A stretch of DNA of 64,000 nucleotides, taken from IMG/VR virus record IMGVR_UViG_3300010885_066780. The stretch is one strand, 5' to 3'. The position numbers and the translations under genes are program-made. The notes beneath the pieces were generated by a model. It made no database searches. It was not told where the DNA came from and saw only the letters and a list, made by a program, of their open reading frames with translations. The number at the start of each line of letters is the position of its first letter. Positions within the stretch are counted from its first letter, which is position 1. The stretch is from an uncultured virus (IMG/VR IMGVR_UViG_3300010885_066780) (Duplodnaviria; Heunggongvirae; Uroviricota; Caudoviricetes). This document shows, in pieces, positions 59,770 through 64,000 of the stretch.

Positions 59770-59915
59770 TTTGGTTTCTCCTTTGCTATAGCTCGTACAA
59801 TCATATTTGCATTATTTGAAATGTCTGTCAACCATTGTAAGAATTGTTCCGATTGCAAAACAGCTGGATCCTGACAAATAAAACCACAATGCTAAGTCTG
59901 CCATTTTCATTTCTT

Positions 59916-60326
59916 TTATGCCTTCTTATTTTTGCGATCTTCTTGCCAAAGCTTCCAAATTTCAGGCAAGTTGTCTTTGATGATGTTTTTCAATTCTGTG
60001 TTTTCTCGGGTTGATTGATAGTGATCATTAGACATCAATTGCCAACTGCGATGATGTCTTTCCTTGACTTCATCAAAGGTCCGACTATTGGCGTCATGCA
60101 ATTGTTGCCAAGCTTCTATTCGTTCTTGCAAACTAACGATTTTAGCATTGGCTGCTTCTAACTCATTTAGTGTTTTGTGCCATGCTGCTGTACCGTATTC
60201 CAGTATATCATAAATTTGCATCATATCTTCGATTGCTTGAATTTCAAGATCATTAGAATGACTGGAAATTGTTTTCGAAGATAAAAACTTGCGCCATTCT
60301 TCTCGAGTCTTATGCAATATAGTCAT
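59916..60326 (-). CDS. coiled-coil hypothetical protein
   Basis: ATG overlaps the stop of the upstream gene. Confidence 0.55.
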   Translation of the reverse strand: MTILHKTREEWRKFLSSKTISSHSNDLEIQAIEDMMQIYDILEYGTAAWHKTLNELEAANAKIVSLQERIEAWQQLHDANSRTFDEVKERHHRSWQLMSNDHYQSTRENTELKNIIKDNLPEIWKLWQEDRKNKKA

Positions 60327-60670
60327 TTGATTTCTTTCACAACGTAACGAGCAGCAAAACAATCAGCAAGCGTCAGCAATTGTTTTCCACCCCGGCCTTG
60401 ATAAATTTCGATCGTCTTTGGATCTCGCTGATTTTCATTACCACCCCAATGACGACGTGCTTCTTCGTCTAGTTCATTGGCATCATATGCGTCAGCAATT
60501 GCAAGTAATGGCTCAATAGCTGTTTTCAAACGTTTGATTTGATCATAGAGTGCAGCATGTTCCAAAACTTTTGAAACATGTCCGCGTTCTTCTAAGGCAA
60601 ATTCCCGCAGACGTGTATTCTCAGCCTTCAAAAATTCCAGTTGTTCAAGATCAGTCATTGTCATTTTCAA
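60323..60670 (-). CDS. hypothetical protein
   Basis: 115-aa ORF in an operon with the helicase. Confidence 0.55.
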   Translation of the reverse strand: MKMTMTDLEQLEFLKAENTRLREFALEERGHVSKVLEHAALYDQIKRLKTAIEPLLAIADAYDANELDEEARRHWGGNENQRDPKTIEIYQGRGGKQLLTLADCFAARYVVKEIK

Positions 60671-60699
60671 TTATGTGAACTTTCTGCGACTATGTCAAT

Positions 60700-62259
60700 T
60701 CACCGATTTTCTGCTGGAGTTGCTACGTCAATCAATTCTCGCAGTGCACGAGTAATTGCCACATATTCCAGATTGACTTCTTGAACTTGTTGCCAAGCCT
60801 TCTTTGCATAGGGAGAAGGCATATACCTGTCACGTCCTAAAATATAAACTCGGTGCCATTCGCGCCCCTTTGAACGATGTACCGTTGACAGCGTCAGGAC
60901 TTCTGGCAACCGATCATCTGGTGTATTACCAAACATGCGATCAATGTCAGCTACTAGATCATCTACCAAGTCTCGCTTTTGCAGCAAGCACCGATTGATA
61001 ATCACTCGGAGGCAATCTATCTGATCAACCAGAGCTTCAACGCGCCCTTCTTGCCCCTTGCTCATAAACTTGGCAGTTTGGCGAGCTTCAAAATCTTCCA
61101 GCTTGGTCAACAGTCGGTCCAGAGTCTTGATTTTCCAACGTCGGGCCAGCTTGATCAAACCAGTTCCAATTTCACGTCCTTCAACCCGACAAGCGATTCC
61201 CCGAGACAAGAGTGAATAAGCGGTCGTTACCAGAGGAGCTGTGTTTCTGCAAAGAATGGCATCGGTCTTTCCCAGTCCTTCAGCATCAAGTTCTTCAAAC
61301 TTGATTGATCGGATGACGCCATCTTCACTGTCTTCCCAAGCTTTGAAGTCGGGAACAAGTCGTTGTGCTTCAGCAACCACCAGCTTGGGGCAACGACGAG
61401 TCACATTCAGTGGCATCGTAACTGCATTAGTTGCCTGCTTGAGTTGGTTCATGGAATCACTGTCAGCTCCAGTAAATCCATAAATTGCTTGGCAGGGATC
61501 TCCCACAAAAATCATTCGACCAGTACGTGGCTTCAACATGGCCATAGCCAATGCTCGTCGCGCCGGGTTGGTGTCTTGTGATTCATCCAGGAGGATCCAA
61601 TCCTTGGGCCAGAAACGAGCCTTAAAATAAAGCGGGGCCAGGATCATGTCATCAAAGTCAATTACTTCTCGACATTGGTTGAGGCTGATTCTGTAGACTG
61701 CTTGCGCTGCTCGAATTACAGCAGCAACATCCACATCTTCAGCAACATCATCTTCAATTCCAAAGTGATCCCAGATGTCCCACCAAAGAGCTGTGTCTTC
61801 AATTCTGCCCAAGTGACCAATTGCACGTTGCTTGGCCAAGCTGGCCAACTTAGCAATAGCAGTGTCACATTCGGTATAGATGGCACCTTCAGGTTGAAAG
61901 CTTTGTTCTTTAATAATGTTGGCCAACTTCTTGTCATCCACTCGGACGTTGGGAGCAATCTTTCTCCAAGCTGAAAATCCAAAGCTATGAACAGTGCCAG
62001 CCTGTGCAACTCGCCAGTCGAACTTGGCTTCTTCCAACCAAACCTTAAGTTCGTCAGCGATCTTCTTGTTATAAGCCATGAGTGCCACATCACCAAACCG
62101 ACCATCAACAATGGCTTCAACCACTCGCTTGAGGGTAAATGTTTTGCCACATCCAGCACGTGCCAGCAGTTCAAGAGATCCGGTTCCTTCATATACCCAG
62201 CGAATGACTGCCAGTTGTTGATCGGAAAGTCCTTGCCAGCGAGTAGGGTTGAAAGCCAT
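60700..62259 (-). CDS. UvrD/Rep-family SF1 helicase
   Basis: ARAGCGKT, T.HS, LDESQD, VGD..QAIYGF.GA, RC, ILCR.T, STVHRSKGREW, YVA.TRA. Confidence 0.92.
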   Translation of the reverse strand: MAFNPTRWQGLSDQQLAVIRWVYEGTGSLELLARAGCGKTFTLKRVVEAIVDGRFGDVALMAYNKKIADELKVWLEEAKFDWRVAQAGTVHSFGFSAWRKIAPNVRVDDKKLANIIKEQSFQPEGAIYTECDTAIAKLASLAKQRAIGHLGRIEDTALWWDIWDHFGIEDDVAEDVDVAAVIRAAQAVYRISLNQCREVIDFDDMILAPLYFKARFWPKDWILLDESQDTNPARRALAMAMLKPRTGRMIFVGDPCQAIYGFTGADSDSMNQLKQATNAVTMPLNVTRRCPKLVVAEAQRLVPDFKAWEDSEDGVIRSIKFEELDAEGLGKTDAILCRNTAPLVTTAYSLLSRGIACRVEGREIGTGLIKLARRWKIKTLDRLLTKLEDFEARQTAKFMSKGQEGRVEALVDQIDCLRVIINRCLLQKRDLVDDLVADIDRMFGNTPDDRLPEVLTLSTVHRSKGREWHRVYILGRDRYMPSPYAKKAWQQVQEVNLEYVAITRALRELIDVATPAENR

Positions 62260-62411
62260 GACGTCAAATCCTTGTGCAATCTCTTTGTCTATCATACAAG
62301 TTTTTGAAAAGTTGTCAAGAGTGATCTTTGAACAGCATAAATAAATTAGATAGTTGTGGCGGAAATCGACCACAACTCAAAAACCCTTCAGCAGAAAGTG
62401 ATTGAAACAAA

Positions 62412-63158
62412 ATGACAACATCTCCGAATAAAATACAAATCCTTCAAACTCTATTAAAACATTTTCCCACTAGTGATTTCCAACAGTTGGGATTAGCTAC
62501 CGATGAATTATTTGGATTGTTATATCCAGATGAACTTGGAACTGAAATTCCAAACACGTTTGTCAATTTTTTGAATACATTAATTATCAATAATGTCAAA
62601 TCTGGACAAGTGATATTCAAACCCAGATCCTACCAAACTGATTTTGCAACACAATTGACTGGAGCATATTCTAGAATCATCCATAAAGCTGACAGACAGA
62701 TGGGGACAACTCTTATGTTAACAGCATTTGCAGTATGGACAGCTTTATCCAATCCCTGGCAATGCATTGAGTATATTGTACCAACATTCAATGTCAGCAA
62801 AACCGTTAGTCATCGATGTCAAGACATCTGTTTGAACCCCTTATACAAACTGCATGTTGTATCAGCCAACTTTCATGGTATTCAATTCACCAATGGAAGT
62901 CGACTAGTATTCAGCACTGCATCGTCTCCTTGGGTTGCTCGTGGAAGAAGTTGTGGTATGATAATTATTGAAAATGCTGATCTCATATCTAAAAAATATG
63001 AAGAAGATTTGTATGGCAATGTTTTTGCAGCGACGCATCCCAATGGAAAAATAATTGTTAGTGGTGGTGAATCATCATTTCAAGGCCAGTTCTATGATAT
63101 TTGGCAGAATTCTGCGGATTGGCATCATATTGAACATACACAAGACATGGGGTCTTGA
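62412..63158 (+). CDS. terminase large-subunit ATPase-like domain, degenerate, lacking the nuclease domain
   Basis: F..R.YQ, RQMGTT, I.F.NGS, RG.S, G.FY.IW. Confidence 0.65.
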   Translation: MTTSPNKIQILQTLLKHFPTSDFQQLGLATDELFGLLYPDELGTEIPNTFVNFLNTLIINNVKSGQVIFKPRSYQTDFATQLTGAYSRIIHKADRQMGTTLMLTAFAVWTALSNPWQCIEYIVPTFNVSKTVSHRCQDICLNPLYKLHVVSANFHGIQFTNGSRLVFSTASSPWVARGRSCGMIIIENADLISKKYEEDLYGNVFAATHPNGKIIVSGGESSFQGQFYDIWQNSADWHHIEHTQDMGS

Positions 63159-63211
63159 TTATTTTAAATACGTTGGGTTAGCTTAACTCAAATACTTTTT
63201 AGGAGATAGTA

Positions 63212-63994
63212 ATGAATAAAATTGAATATTCAGATAATGTACATCCAAAATTTGGAAGACCATTAGTATCCAAATTTATAAATTTTAAAGAATTGAAATT
63301 ATCACATGCTAGAAATGTTGCTATCAACAAAAGACAATTGAATGAATATAAAATTGTTCCTGAAATGGAATTTCCAGTTCATGATTTGACAAAAGGCACT
63401 CACATAGGAAATGCAAACACAACATTAGGACCAATGCAAATTTATAGGATGTATGAAATCAATGAAGATCAACAACATATGATTTTATATGCATTTATAA
63501 GAGAAGATTTGGGTCCTACAAAACCATTATGTCAAATCGTGTTTAATTATATAGAAAATATTGGATTATTGAGAAAAGGTATGTATTGTGTTGCTGGATT
63601 CCGTGGCCGAGGTTTGATTTCAGAATTAACTTTGTGTGTTACCAAAATGGATGATGAAAGAATCATAAGTGATGTGCATATGACACCTTCTGGAGAAAAA
63701 GCTTGGGAAAAATTATTGCGAGATTATCCTTCACAAACTGGGATTTTTCATGGACCAACTCAAAAAGTTTATCCTCTCCAGGCAGCTAATAAAATATTCA
63801 ATAATGTATTTGTTGTTAGTCCTAAAGATGACAATGCAAGTGATCAATATTGGTTTGAAAATCCAGAACATGGACAAGCTTGGTTTTACTATATCAATTA
63901 TCATATTAATACTATTCAAGAATCAGCAGTCAATAATTCTAGGCACCTTGGGTTGATTCAACCATATTATTCTTTTGGAGACGGTTATGAATAA
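63212..63994 (+). CDS. hypothetical protein (possible GNAT-like segment)
   Basis: FRGRGL..L and ISD...T.SG...W..L motifs. Confidence 0.5.
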   Translation: MNKIEYSDNVHPKFGRPLVSKFINFKELKLSHARNVAINKRQLNEYKIVPEMEFPVHDLTKGTHIGNANTTLGPMQIYRMYEINEDQQHMILYAFIREDLGPTKPLCQIVFNYIENIGLLRKGMYCVAGFRGRGLISELTLCVTKMDDERIISDVHMTPSGEKAWEKLLRDYPSQTGIFHGPTQKVYPLQAANKIFNNVFVVSPKDDNASDQYWFENPEHGQAWFYYINYHINTIQESAVNNSRHLGLIQPYYSFGDGYE

Positions 63995-64000
63995 ATTTTC

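Noticed and set aside
1..64000. Genome-wide amber recoding suggested by the CTA-register tRNA
   Set aside because: Conserved genes are full length in the standard code and several end properly at TAG (e.g. 9796, 32993).

Overview
This 64 kb window is a segment of an AT-rich, T4-like (myovirus-type) jumbo phage genome read in the standard code. From left to right it holds: (1) 1-13 kb, a DEDDh exonuclease, SprT-like protease, SOD, a Cys-rich protein, head-completion nuclease, tail-tube and neck genes, an NDP-sugar dehydratase/glycosyltransferase trio, homing-type nucleases and dCMP deaminase; (2) 13-27 kb, four large tail fibre/spike genes; (3) 27-39 kb, a mini-DnaE fragment, GroES, macrodomain, clamp loader, virion proteins, Dps, an adenylate-kinase fusion, an outer-membrane beta-barrel, a PAS membrane protein and a deaminase-GH19 fusion; (4) 39-43 kb, a lone TnpB inserted into a small HTH gene, and a tail-fibre gene broken by two repeat expansions; (5) 44-59 kb, a dispersed minus-strand array of atypical tRNA genes (23 in the window, counting one at 34.6 kb) interleaved with probable head-packaged proteins and homing nucleases; (6) 59-64 kb, an HD hydrolase, UvrD helicase and a degenerate terminase-like ATPase. 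The strongest novelty candidates are a tRNA-Ala carrying a 75-nt cloverleaf-like insert in its anticodon loop, and a codon-diverse 42-aa leader peptide with mutually exclusive terminator/antiterminator hairpins at the head of the tRNA/ncRNA array, which could be an attenuator sensing general tRNA depletion. All RNA folds were done by eye and protein calls come from motif recognition, not database searches.
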